Of a stretch of DNA of 62,388 nt, positions 9,742-18,324 are shown piece after piece. Made by a program: the position numbers and the translations under genes. The stretch's first letter is position 1, and each line of letters begins with the position of its first letter. A model generated the notes under the pieces. It made no database searches. It was not told the origin of the DNA and saw only the letters and a program-made list of their open reading frames with translations. The DNA is taken from the NCBI GenBank assembly GCA_964477545.1, contig CAYZEJ010000002.1, positions 1 through 62,388 on the forward strand, given 5' to 3'. The stretch comes from an uncultured Anaerolineaceae bacterium (GTDB lineage: Bacteria > Chloroflexota > Limnocylindria > Limnocylindrales > CSP1-4).

Positions 9742-11275
9742 CAGCTTCCTCCAGGCTGCGATCGGCGCCGAGGATTGCTGCCGCAGCCGAATAGCGCGGC
9801 TTCACGGTGTCGACTGCCCAGCGCAACAGGAGGTTGCCGAATTCAGGTTGATGTCGGACCGCCTTGCGCCTCGGGCGCTCGAGCCACGCGTATGCGCGCC
9901 GGACACGAAGGCGCCGCGCCAAAGTCAGGCCGATCCGACGCCACTTCGGAAACGGCCTGCGGCGGAAGGTGAAGGGCCGACTCTCCCCGCCTGCGAAGTC
10001 TCGAACCGATTGGACGGTCGCCGTAGCCAGCGCCGACGGACCGTCAGAGTGGATGCCTGCGCTCGTCGCTCGTTTCGCTCCGGCGAAGGAACCCCGAGGG
10101 ATCCCCGCCTCTTCGAGGATGCGGCGCGGTATTGGCCTGTCATTGAACATTCCGAGCACCCACGGCCGCATCTCGTCGGACACCGTGATTGCCCTGACGC
10201 TCGGGCGCTCACTGGCCCCGAACCACGGCAGCGGGACGTGCACGAAGCCGACGCGCAGCCTGAACTCGCCAAGCGAGGCGCCGGCCTGCTCGAGTCGCCA
10301 GAACAGCGGCCGAATGGGAACGTGGGACCACCACATCCCATCACCGTAGAACCCACTCACCAACACGGACCGTCGGAGGCTGGGCTCCATGCCTGAGAAC
10401 ACGACGTCCTCGCCAGACATGCCTGTCGACAGGAAGTCCGCCTCCGCGAGGTCCTGCCGGTTCATGTATCCAAGCCGATCGTAGGCCGCCACGTCCATGC
10501 CGAGCGCCCTTCCGACCGTCTCACCGCTGTCGCTCAGACTGCGGCTGCCCTTGACTGCTTTCCCGACCGGGATCGTCACCGCCCTGCGGCATCCGAGCTC
10601 CTGCGCAAGCGTGGCCATGCCAGCGCTGTCATACCCGGACGAGATCATCGCCACGGCTTCGAAGTCGGGCGCGTTGGCCAGTGCAGAGGCGAGGGCCGCA
10701 GTGAGGCGGGAGCGGTAATCCGTGAATGATCCGAACGGCTCCTCGCGCGGCCGCTCGAAGGCCGCGGTCGAGCCGTCGAACCGGATCCGCAGACCGTCGT
10801 ACATCAGGATGTGCACGTCTTCCGACCGTGTCGGAACGGCGAATCGGAATATCCCGTCGCCCGACTGGGCGAAGACCTGTGGATAATCGATGGCGGGGTC
10901 GAGCTCGAGATCCGCTGCTGTAAGCAGGCCCGCGAGCGAGTTCGATGCCCACAACGTCCCCGCTCGCTCGCACGTGTAGATACCTTCGAGCATGTGGCTG
11001 GGCGGGACCAAGACAAGGGAATCACCGTCGACGAGGATCCCGGAGCCGAACGTGGTGGTACTGGCGAGGATGCCGGCCACATGTGGCTCGCCGACCCAGG
11101 TGCCCTCGTAGACGCCGCCGGCCAGTTGGCGGACCTGATCGCCACAGGCAATCGAAGCCACCCTCTCGCGCGCGCGCAGCACCCAGGCCATCGAGGGCAG
11201 CGAAGACGACTCGGTCAAACTGACGTTCCAGGCAGACGCCGCACCGCCCTCACTCGGCCTGACCGCGGCGCTCAC
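9731..11275 (-). CDS. Uncharacterised asparagine-synthetase-like / PP-loop (adenine nucleotide alpha-hydrolase) protein
   Basis: Track ORF 9731..11545 trimmed to GTG 11275, which forms a GTGA overlap with the upstream permease stop; alternative start ATG 11191. PP-loop-like SSGYDS at nt 10625-10642. No N-terminal catalytic Cys. The 3-prime end overlaps the hydantoinase start by 11 nt. Confidence 0.55.
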   Translation of the reverse strand: MSAAVRPSEGGAASAWNVSLTESSSLPSMAWVLRARERVASIACGDQVRQLAGGVYEGTWVGEPHVAGILASTTTFGSGILVDGDSLVLVPPSHMLEGIYTCERAGTLWASNSLAGLLTAADLELDPAIDYPQVFAQSGDGIFRFAVPTRSEDVHILMYDGLRIRFDGSTAAFERPREEPFGSFTDYRSRLTAALASALANAPDFEAVAMISSGYDSAGMATLAQELGCRRAVTIPVGKAVKGSRSLSDSGETVGRALGMDVAAYDRLGYMNRQDLAEADFLSTGMSGEDVVFSGMEPSLRRSVLVSGFYGDGMWWSHVPIRPLFWRLEQAGASLGEFRLRVGFVHVPLPWFGASERPSVRAITVSDEMRPWVLGMFNDRPIPRRILEEAGIPRGSFAGAKRATSAGIHSDGPSALATATVQSVRDFAGGESRPFTFRRRPFPKWRRIGLTLARRLRVRRAYAWLERPRRKAVRHQPEFGNLLLRWAVDTVKPRYSAAAAILGADRSLEEADAT

Positions 11276-12051
11276 GCCGGCCGTCGCCGAGCCTCCAGTC
11301 GAGTGAGAGCAACGGCCGCGAGCAGGGCGACACCTGCGAGCACGACCGAGGAAGCGGCGATCGCCGGTGAATGGGATGAGTGGATCTGGCTGAAGATGTA
11401 GACGGCCAGCGTTGGGACCTGCCCGGCGGTGAGGAGGAAGCTGGTGATCACGACCTCGTCGAATGAGCCGATGAAGGCGAACAGCCACGCAGCGATGAGC
11501 GAGGGCAGGATCTGCGGCACCACAACCCGTCGCGCAATCGTCCAACGGCCGGCGCCCAACGTCCGCGCCGCTTTGATGTGGGTCTCATCGAATTCGAGCA
11601 GGGCGGCTCCGACTACGAGCAGGACAAGCGGGCTCGTCAGGACGACATGCGTGGCCACGAGGGTGACCGGCGATCCAAGGAGGTGCAGATTGGCCCACAC
11701 CAGGTAGGCGCCCACGGCGACGCTGATGGCCGGCACGACCAGTGGCGAACCAAGCAGCAGGGCAACCGTTGAGCGGCCCCGGAATTGCCCACGGATCAGC
11801 GGCCACGCTGCCAGCGCGCCGATCAACGTCGCCAGTGAGGCTGAGACTCCCGCGAGTACGAGGCTGACCAGCGTAGGCCCGGTCCAGCGCGGATCGCTCA
11901 GGAATTGCTCATACCAGCGCAGCGTTATGCCGCGCGGCGGGAACAGCATCATGTCCGATGCAGTGAGCGACAGCGGCAGCGCAAGCGCCAGCGGCACGAT
12001 GAGATAAAGCATCACAGCGCCGGCGTAGACCCCGTGCAGGCGCGCCAGCAC
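11272..12051 (-). CDS. ABC transporter permease (PotC-like)
   Basis: Track ORF, polytopic, with an EAA-loop-like segment AARTLGAGRWTIARRVVVPQILP. Confidence 0.85.
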   Translation of the reverse strand: MLARLHGVYAGAVMLYLIVPLALALPLSLTASDMMLFPPRGITLRWYEQFLSDPRWTGPTLVSLVLAGVSASLATLIGALAAWPLIRGQFRGRSTVALLLGSPLVVPAISVAVGAYLVWANLHLLGSPVTLVATHVVLTSPLVLLVVGAALLEFDETHIKAARTLGAGRWTIARRVVVPQILPSLIAAWLFAFIGSFDEVVITSFLLTAGQVPTLAVYIFSQIHSSHSPAIAASSVVLAGVALLAAVALTRLEARRRPA

Positions 12052-12070
12052 CTAACGTCGCCTGGGCACG

Positions 12071-12916
12071 CTAGAGCAGCCCCATCGCACGGAAGCGACC
12101 CACAGCCAGCCGCAGCGCGAGCAGAACGACGATCGTCGTGAGCAGCAGCGTGGCCGACAGCAACGCGGCGAACGGCACGCTGTTGATGGACATCTGTCTC
12201 GAGATGAGCACGCCGAGCATTACGCCCTGCGGACCGCCCAGGATGGCCGGTGTGATCACGAAACCGAGAGTCGTGACGAAGACGAGCCCGCCGCCGGCGA
12301 GGATCGTCGGCATGGTCAGCGGCAGCACGATCCGTCGCCACTGGCTGAACCAGCCCGCCCCCAGCGATGCCGCAGCCGGGCGCAGCTCGGGATCCAGGCG
12401 CAGGAAACCCGCGTACAGCGGCAACGCCGCGAACGGAGTCATGAGATGGACCATGCCGATCAGCACCGCCATCTCGTTCTGGTAGAACGCTCCGTCGAGC
12501 ATGGGCAGGCCCAGCACACTCGAGATGCCGTCAAGCACGCCGCGTGGTCGAAGGATCGCCACCCACACGTATGTGCGGACGACAACGCTGGTCAGCAACG
12601 GAACGAAGAGGATGGCCAGCAGCAGCGCGCGCTGCCGCTGCGGGCGGCCAGCAATGAATGCCGCGAGGGGATATGCGATCGCCACCGTCGCGACCGCCAC
12701 GAGCAGCGAGATCCGCAGCGTCCTGGTCAGGACGTGCGAGTAAAGGGGCACGTCCACCATGCGCGCCAGGTTGACACCGAACTCCGGCGTCAGGACTGCG
12801 TCCACGAACATCCGAAGGAGCGGGTAGAGATAGGCAACTACGAAGAGCGCGGCCAACGGGACGACCGCCCAGCCTGGGTGGCGTCGGATCGCGCTCGTGA
12901 CCATACCCGCCCTCAT
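12071..12916 (-). CDS. ABC transporter permease (PotB-like)
   Basis: Track ORF, polytopic, with an EAA-loop-like segment AAASLGAGWFSQWRRIVLPLTMP. Confidence 0.85.
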   Translation of the reverse strand: MRAGMVTSAIRRHPGWAVVPLAALFVVAYLYPLLRMFVDAVLTPEFGVNLARMVDVPLYSHVLTRTLRISLLVAVATVAIAYPLAAFIAGRPQRQRALLLAILFVPLLTSVVVRTYVWVAILRPRGVLDGISSVLGLPMLDGAFYQNEMAVLIGMVHLMTPFAALPLYAGFLRLDPELRPAAASLGAGWFSQWRRIVLPLTMPTILAGGGLVFVTTLGFVITPAILGGPQGVMLGVLISRQMSINSVPFAALLSATLLLTTIVVLLALRLAVGRFRAMGLL

Positions 12917-12939
12917 CTTTCGATCACGGCGCCGTCAGC

Positions 12940-14046
12940 CTATTGGCCGGTCCACGTGGCGTATCGCTCGCTCGCCTCGGTCGCATGCTCGGCCAGCCAG
13001 GCGTCCTGCTCCGCCGTAAACGCAAAGGTGAGCGGGAAGTTGTTCGGGTTCACGAGGACCTGGCCCTGGAGGTCCGTCGGGAGCAGGTCGTATGAGGCCT
13101 TCACCACGCCCGAATAGCCGATCCTCTGGGTGAAGTTGGCCTGGCGCTGGGCGTCGAGTGTGGATCGCAGGAACTCGAGCGCCGCCCGAGGATGCGGCGC
13201 GCCGGCGGGGATCGCCCAGAAGATGACCGTGCGCAGGGCGCCGTCGTACGAGAGCCGGACGTCTGGTTCTTGTTTCTGGGCCTGGAGCATCCGCGCGTCG
13301 CTGCATAGGCACATGACGGCCTGGTTCTCAACCATGACAGTGACCATCTCGGTGCCGCCGCGGAACCAGACCACGTCGGCTTTGATCGGGTCAAGCTTCG
13401 CAAAGGCGCGGTCCCAATCGAGCGGAATGAGGTCCGCCGGAGCCACTCCATCGGCTACCAGGGCGAGGGCCGGCCGTGTCCAATCCTCGAACCCTCCGAT
13501 CGTCTGGCCGCGCGTTCTTGGGAAACCTGTCACGTCGAAGAAGTCCGCGACGGTCGGGGTCTGGTTCGGGAAGGCGCTCTGGCGGTAACCGAGTCCCACC
13601 ACGTCGTTATGGAAGCCCAGGCCATAGGGCTGGATCGCGCCGTCGGTGAGGGCCACGGACGCGCTGCCGAGTGCGACATGGTCGATCGTCATCAGCAGGC
13701 CCCGGCCGTGGAGATCGGCATACAGCGGGCCACCGAATCCCGCGATGACGTCCCATTCAACCTGGCCGGCCTCCGACTGCGCCGCCAACTGGGTCGTCTG
13801 TGCGTCGCAATCGGCGTCGTACGTGACATCCACGCCGGTCTGCTGCTCGAACGGCGCGATGTAGGCCGCCTCGATCGACTCGCCGTATAGACCGCCACAG
13901 GAATTGACGATGAGCTGGCCCTCGAGTGCCGGCGCCGTTGGCGCGGGCGTGCTTGTCGGACCTGCGCACGCCAAGAGCAACAGTGCGCAGGCATTCGCTC
14001 CGAGAATCGCAGCGTTGCGGAGTCGTCCTTCACGGCTAGGCATCAT
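12940..14046 (-). CDS. ABC transporter substrate-binding lipoprotein (family 1, PotD-like)
   Basis: Track ORF with lipobox LLLACAG and a size and composition typical of polyamine/opine-type solute-binding proteins. Overlaps the ATPase stop by 11 nt. Confidence 0.8.
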   Translation of the reverse strand: MMPSREGRLRNAAILGANACALLLLACAGPTSTPAPTAPALEGQLIVNSCGGLYGESIEAAYIAPFEQQTGVDVTYDADCDAQTTQLAAQSEAGQVEWDVIAGFGGPLYADLHGRGLLMTIDHVALGSASVALTDGAIQPYGLGFHNDVVGLGYRQSAFPNQTPTVADFFDVTGFPRTRGQTIGGFEDWTRPALALVADGVAPADLIPLDWDRAFAKLDPIKADVVWFRGGTEMVTVMVENQAVMCLCSDARMLQAQKQEPDVRLSYDGALRTVIFWAIPAGAPHPRAALEFLRSTLDAQRQANFTQRIGYSGVVKASYDLLPTDLQGQVLVNPNNFPLTFAFTAEQDAWLAEHATEASERYATWTGQ

Positions 14047-15160
14047 TTCCTCGCTTCTCTCGTTCGATTTTTACAAAGGTCGCGTCCTGCTCCCGCCACG
14101 ACACGTTCACCGCAGATCCCGCTTTGGGCGGATGTGCGCTCGTTTTGGGCAGCTTCGCAACGAGTGATGTTCGGCCGTCAGCGGTGAGTTGAACGCGCAG
14201 AGCGTCGCCCACAAACGCGACGGATTCGACACGGGCCTCGAATCCGGGCGGTCCGCTTCGAGCGCTGCCGATCTGGACGTCCTCGGGTCTCACGATGATG
14301 GTCACCGGCTCACCCACGCCGTCGCCGCCGCTGTCGGATCCGAGTCGCCCGAGCGCCTGGAGCCCGCTGGGGCCCGCAGCGCGCGCGACGCCGGTCTGGG
14401 TTTCGACCTCCGAGATCTTTCCGGCGAACAGGTTCGCCTCGCCCAGGAAGGTCGCCACAAACTCACTGACCGGGCGGTCGTAAAGCTGCCGCGGCGGCCC
14501 GACCTGGGCAAGCTGCCCGCCCTCGATGACGCAGATCTCATCAGACATCGCCAGGGCCTCGGCCTGATCGTGCGTGACATAGATCATCGTCAGCCCCAGG
14601 TCGGCCTGGATCTTCTTGATCTCGACCTGCATCTGCTGGCGAAGGTTCTTGTCGAGGGCCCCCAGGGGCTCATCCATGAGGATCACCGAAGGCCGATAGA
14701 TCAGGGCGCGGGCGAGCGCGACGCGCTGCTGCTGGCCGCCCGACAGCTGGCGCGGGCGCCGATTCTCGAGGCCGGTCAGGCCAACGAGGTCCAATGCGTC
14801 GGCCACGCGGTTTCGAATCTCGGAGCCCGACAGGTGCCGCATCTCGAGCGGGAACGCGAGGTTCTGGGCCACGGTCAGGTGGGGGAACAACGCGTAATGC
14901 TGAAACACCACGCCAACATTGCGGCGATCGGGCGGGATCCCTTCGGTCGGCGCGCCGTTGATCCAGATGGCGCCTGCCGTTGGCTCGATGAGCCCGGCGA
15001 TCAGTTGCAGGACGGTGGTCTTGCCCGAGCCCGATGGCCCGAGCAGGGTCAGGAATCGGCCTGGCTCAACGGTGAGAGAGAGGTTCGTTACGGCATGGAC
15101 GTTGCCGTAGTTCTTGCTGACGTTGACCAGCTCGACCTGGGCACCGCCGGTAGTGGTCAG
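14036..15160 (-). CDS. ABC transporter ATP-binding protein (PotA-like)
   Basis: Walker [11 protein letters not shown]-loop, signature [15 protein letters not shown], Walker B ILMDEPL. Track ORF runs to 15421, but the conserved N-terminus ([11 protein letters not shown]) begins near 15136. The only start-like codon giving a normal 374-aa protein is CTG 15160; ATG 15379 would add an Arg-rich, roughly 73-aa extension. Confidence 0.8.
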   Translation of the reverse strand: MTTTGGAQVELVNVSKNYGNVHAVTNLSLTVEPGRFLTLLGPSGSGKTTVLQLIAGLIEPTAGAIWINGAPTEGIPPDRRNVGVVFQHYALFPHLTVAQNLAFPLEMRHLSGSEIRNRVADALDLVGLTGLENRRPRQLSGGQQQRVALARALIYRPSVILMDEPLGALDKNLRQQMQVEIKKIQADLGLTMIYVTHDQAEALAMSDEICVIEGGQLAQVGPPRQLYDRPVSEFVATFLGEANLFAGKISEVETQTGVARAAGPSGLQALGRLGSDSGGDGVGEPVTIIVRPEDVQIGSARSGPPGFEARVESVAFVGDALRVQLTADGRTSLVAKLPKTSAHPPKAGSAVNVSWREQDATFVKIEREKRGNDA

Positions 15161-15403
15161 CGAGCGAGAGCGCGTCCGGCGCAGTGCGCGGCGCGCATCG
15201 GTCCGCGGCAACGCATCAGTTCTCTCCGTGGGCGCGGACGTACGCTCCGCCCCGATCCACCGCAGAACTGTGGCGCGGACGGTGCGCTGGGCGCGGGTCA
15301 AGTGCCCATCAAAGCGGCGCGCGGGCGCGTACTGCCAGGGGCTGGGCACGTCACGGGTGCGATGATCGCACAGCCTCATGGCGTTCCAGAAGGAGGGAGA
15401 AGA

Positions 15404-16150
15404 TTGCATCGGATCGATCACGTCTGCATCGGGGCGCGCAACATCTACGAGGGCTTCGAGCGGCTGCGTGACGAGACGGGCTTCGATTCATATGACGGTG
15501 GCTGGAACCCGGGCATGGGCGTCGGGCAGCGGATAGTCCCTCTGGGCGGGCTGACCTACATCGAAGTCAACAGCGTTGTCGATCGCGACATGGCCATGCG
15601 CCATTTCCACGGACGTTGGTACGAGACGGTTTTGTCGGATGCTGGTCGCGCGGACCGCTTCATGGGCTGGGTGATTGCCGTCGACTCGATAGCCGAGCTG
15701 GAAGCAATAGCGGAGCGCATGGGCATGGAGATCGCCCACGAAGGGAAGAGGACAGCCGGCAAGGAAATGGCCTGGAAGCGTCGTCGGCCGAACGGCAGGA
15801 GCCATCGCAACGAGAACGTGCCCGACGACCGCCATCACGGTTGGCCGCGCGGCCTGCCGATGTTCATGCATTGGCCCGGCGAGGCAGATGGAGACCATCC
15901 CGACAGCATCCCCGAGGCTCTGGCTGTGGAGCACCGCGTGCAGCCGCGCGGCATTGCGTGGGTCGAGGTCGGCGACGAGGCATTGACGCGCAATTGGCTG
16001 GGGCCTGCGATAAACGACATGGACGTCCGCTTTGTTGAAGGGCCAGCAGGCCTCTACGGAATGGGCGTCAGGACCGACAACGGCGAGGTGGTGATCCGGC
16101 GCAAGCCGGTGCCGTTATCGCTGGCCTCGTCGTGGCAGCCGGGCGACTAG
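15404..16150 (+). CDS. Glyoxalase-like (VOC superfamily) domain protein
   Basis: Only the C-terminal quarter of track ORF 14189..16150 is plausible; the rest is antisense to the ATPase. RIDHVCIGARNIYEGFERL is a typical VOC/glyoxalase-like N-terminus. TTG 15404 sits 5 nt after AGGAGGGAG; alternative start ATG 15362. Confidence 0.6.
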   Translation: MHRIDHVCIGARNIYEGFERLRDETGFDSYDGGWNPGMGVGQRIVPLGGLTYIEVNSVVDRDMAMRHFHGRWYETVLSDAGRADRFMGWVIAVDSIAELEAIAERMGMEIAHEGKRTAGKEMAWKRRRPNGRSHRNENVPDDRHHGWPRGLPMFMHWPGEADGDHPDSIPEALAVEHRVQPRGIAWVEVGDEALTRNWLGPAINDMDVRFVEGPAGLYGMGVRTDNGEVVIRRKPVPLSLASSWQPGD

Positions 16151-16560
16151 CCCAGCTCCTCGATCGTGATGTCCTGGGCGCCCTGCCACAGGACGCGGCG
16201 GCCCATCTCCTTTAGCTGATCACGCCCCTCGGCGATCGTCGCGAAGTGGTTGCCCGCCAACTGGCCGAGCTTCGACGAGAAATCCACGGCCCCGTAGGCA
16301 ATCAGGATCTCGCACTCCGACATATCGCCTGTGTAGATGATGATGTCGCCCGGTGCGGGGTGGCTGGTGTGGTTCTCGTAGTCAACGCCGACCTTCTTGT
16401 CACCGAACGGGATCCAGCACCCCTCGCCGCTCCAACGGCAGTGGATGAGCTTGTTGCGTATGGGAAGCAGCTCCCGGATTGCGGCCTGCGTCCAGGGTGC
16501 CTCGGCCATCCAGCGGGCAGTAAAGTTCAGGTCGCCGACTCTGATCGACAGGTCACCCAT
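16147..16560 (-). CDS. DUF3830-like (cyclophilin-like fold) protein
   Basis: Track ORF 16147..16710 trimmed to Met51, because the upstream part overlaps the HIU hydrolase gene. The sequence MGDLSIRVGDLNFTARWMAEAP...IHCRWSGEGCW resembles the DUF3830 family as I recall it. Confidence 0.55.
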   Translation of the reverse strand: MGDLSIRVGDLNFTARWMAEAPWTQAAIRELLPIRNKLIHCRWSGEGCWIPFGDKKVGVDYENHTSHPAPGDIIIYTGDMSECEILIAYGAVDFSSKLGQLAGNHFATIAEGRDQLKEMGRRVLWQGAQDITIEELG

Positions 16561-16573
16561 GCGGAGGAAGGGT

Positions 16574-16588
16574 AGCGCGAGCCGCGCT
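16574..16588. promoter_or_regulatory. Palindrome agcgcg-agc-cgcgct in the 41-bp divergent intergenic region (candidate operator)
   Basis: 6-bp inverted repeat with a 3-nt spacer, centred between the divergent starts 16560 (-) and 16602 (+). Confidence 0.25.
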
Positions 16589-16601
16589 CCAAAGGAGGGC
16601 A

Positions 16602-16922
16602 ATGGACGACGGGCCGACCATCTCGACGCACGTGCTGGACATCGGCGGTGGCGACCCGGGTGTCGGCTACCACGTGTCTCTGTTCCGCGTTGAGGGGGAG
16701 CGCGAGACATGGGCCGGGCATGGCACGACCGATGACGACGGGCGCATCCATAGGTTGCTGGATGGACCGCTGACAGCGGGCGAGTATCGGATGGACGTTG
16801 AGGTGGGAGCGGTATTTCTGCGCCGCGCGTCGATCACGTTCGCCGTTGAGGACACGAGCCGCAGCTATCACGTGCCGTTCCTGGTGTCCGCGTTCTCGCT
16901 GACGACATATCGCGGGAGCTGA
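16602..16922 (+). CDS. uraH: 5-hydroxyisourate hydrolase (transthyretin-like)
   Basis: Track ORF of 106 aa with ISTHVLD near the N-terminus and the diagnostic C-terminal YRGS. AAGGAGGG lies upstream of the ATG. Confidence 0.9.
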   Translation: MDDGPTISTHVLDIGGGDPGVGYHVSLFRVEGERETWAGHGTTDDDGRIHRLLDGPLTAGEYRMDVEVGAVFLRRASITFAVEDTSRSYHVPFLVSAFSLTTYRGS

Positions 16923-17398
16923 TGCTGCCCTCTCGGGAGGTCCTTGTGGCGCTGTTCGAGAACGCCCCGCGTTTCACCGCGCGACTGGCCGACGAAGAGG
17001 TGGACTCCTATAGCGAGCTCCTGGACCGAGCCGAGCAGATCGCAGCACAGATGCCCGAGGACGAGCAGCGCGAGCTGATCGACGGCCATCCGCGCATCGG
17101 CGCGGCGCCACAGACGGTCTCGGCCACCTCGTTCCGCGAACAGGGATACGACCGAGACCCCGGCACGGCAGAGCTACAGGCCCGCCTCGACCGCCTCAAC
17201 GAGGCTTACGAATCGAAATTCGGCTTTCGGTTCGTCATTTTCGTGGCGGGTAGGCTGCGGACGGAGATCGCTGACGATGTGGAGGGTCGGATGCTTGCCT
17301 CTCGTGAGGAGGAGTTGAAGCGTGCTCTATCAGACGTCTTCCTGATCGCCCGCAGCCGGTTGGAGAAGCTCCCCAGACCACTTGAGGAGGCTCGATGA
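16922..17398 (+). CDS. uraD: 2-oxo-4-hydroxy-4-carboxy-5-ureidoimidazoline (OHCU) decarboxylase
   Basis: Track ORF with the HPRIG motif (LIDGHPRIGAAP) and FGFRFVIFVAGR. Its ATG overlaps the uraH TGA by 1 nt. Confidence 0.85.
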   Translation: MLPSREVLVALFENAPRFTARLADEEVDSYSELLDRAEQIAAQMPEDEQRELIDGHPRIGAAPQTVSATSFREQGYDRDPGTAELQARLDRLNEAYESKFGFRFVIFVAGRLRTEIADDVEGRMLASREEELKRALSDVFLIARSRLEKLPRPLEEAR

Positions 17399-18324
17399 AG
17401 GCCGAGATCTACTACGGCAAGGCGGACGTCTCGACATATCGGACATACGGGACTCCCCTTGAGGGGCTCACTGCGATCCCCGAGTCGAGCTTCACCAGCC
17501 GATCTAACGTCCTGCTGGCGGCGAGCATCGAGGTGCAGGTCTTGGGCACGGCCTTCATGGCCGCCTACACCGAGGGCGACAACCGCCTCGTCGTGGCCAC
17601 GGACACGATGAAGAACTTCATCCATCGCGAGTCGCTTGCGTTCGAAGGGGCGACGCTGGAGGAGTGGCTGTTCTTCGTCGGCCGTCGCTTCCTCGAGACC
17701 TACCCGCACATGGAGCGTCTGCGCGTCAGCGGCGTGGAGATCCCTTTCGAACCCGCGCTCGTGCCCGCGTCAGACGACGACGGCTTCGCTGCCAGCGAAG
17801 TGCTCTATGCGCGAGAGCACGGCGACCGATCGACGGCCTGGATCGAGCTCGAGCGCTCAGCCGACGGCGACGTGCACGCCGCCGCGCATGGCTGTGGGCG
17901 CCGGGGCCTCCAGTTGATGAAAGTCACCGGATCCGCCTTCGCGGACTTCGCGCGCGATGAGTACACGACGCTGCCCGAACGGCGCGACCGACCGCTCTAC
18001 GTCCACATGGACGTGGGCTGGAAATATGCTCAACCGGAGACCGCCTTTGCCGCCGACCACACCGAGTACGTCGCCGGCGAGCAGGTGGCAGACCTCTGCG
18101 CCGCGGTCTTCCATCGATTCGTGAGCCTGTCGATCCAGCACCTGGTCAACGAGATCGGCGCGGCGATGCTCGAGCGCTGGCCGCAACTGTCCGAGGTCTC
18201 GTTCGAGTCGCAGAACCGACTGTGGGACCTGTCCGTAACGTCCGAGGAGGACGAGCGCGTCAAGGTCTACACCGATCCCCGTCCGCCCTTCGGAAAGATC
18301 GGCCTCATCCTGCGCCGCGACTGA
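17395..18324 (+). CDS. uox: Urate oxidase (uricase)
   Basis: Track ORF with YGKADVSTYR, VVATDTMKNFIH and a tandem T-fold size of 309 aa. ATGA overlap with uraD. Confidence 0.9.
   Translation: MKAEIYYGKADVSTYRTYGTPLEGLTAIPESSFTSRSNVLLAASIEVQVLGTAFMAAYTEGDNRLVVATDTMKNFIHRESLAFEGATLEEWLFFVGRRFLETYPHMERLRVSGVEIPFEPALVPASDDDGFAASEVLYAREHGDRSTAWIELERSADGDVHAAAHGCGRRGLQLMKVTGSAFADFARDEYTTLPERRDRPLYVHMDVGWKYAQPETAFAADHTEYVAGEQVADLCAAVFHRFVSLSIQHLVNEIGAAMLERWPQLSEVSFESQNRLWDLSVTSEEDERVKVYTDPRPPFGKIGLILRRD

Noticed and set aside
9731-11275. Asparagine-synthetase-like protein as a lasso-peptide cyclase (RiPP cluster).
   Set aside because: I found no small precursor ORF, transglutaminase-like leader peptidase or RiPP recognition element gene nearby. 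The gene is embedded in a transporter/hydantoinase operon instead.
14189-15361. N-terminal three quarters of the 653-aa + strand track ORF 14189..16150.
   Set aside because: It is exactly antisense to the well-supported ABC ATPase gene and has an Arg/Gly/Asp-rich shadow-ORF composition. Only the part from about 15362/15404 onward has a recognisable VOC-like sequence.
15161-15403. Purine riboswitch in the leader of the importer/hydantoinase operon.
   Set aside because: No resemblance to the purine riboswitch three-way junction or conserved loop sequences was visible on the minus strand.
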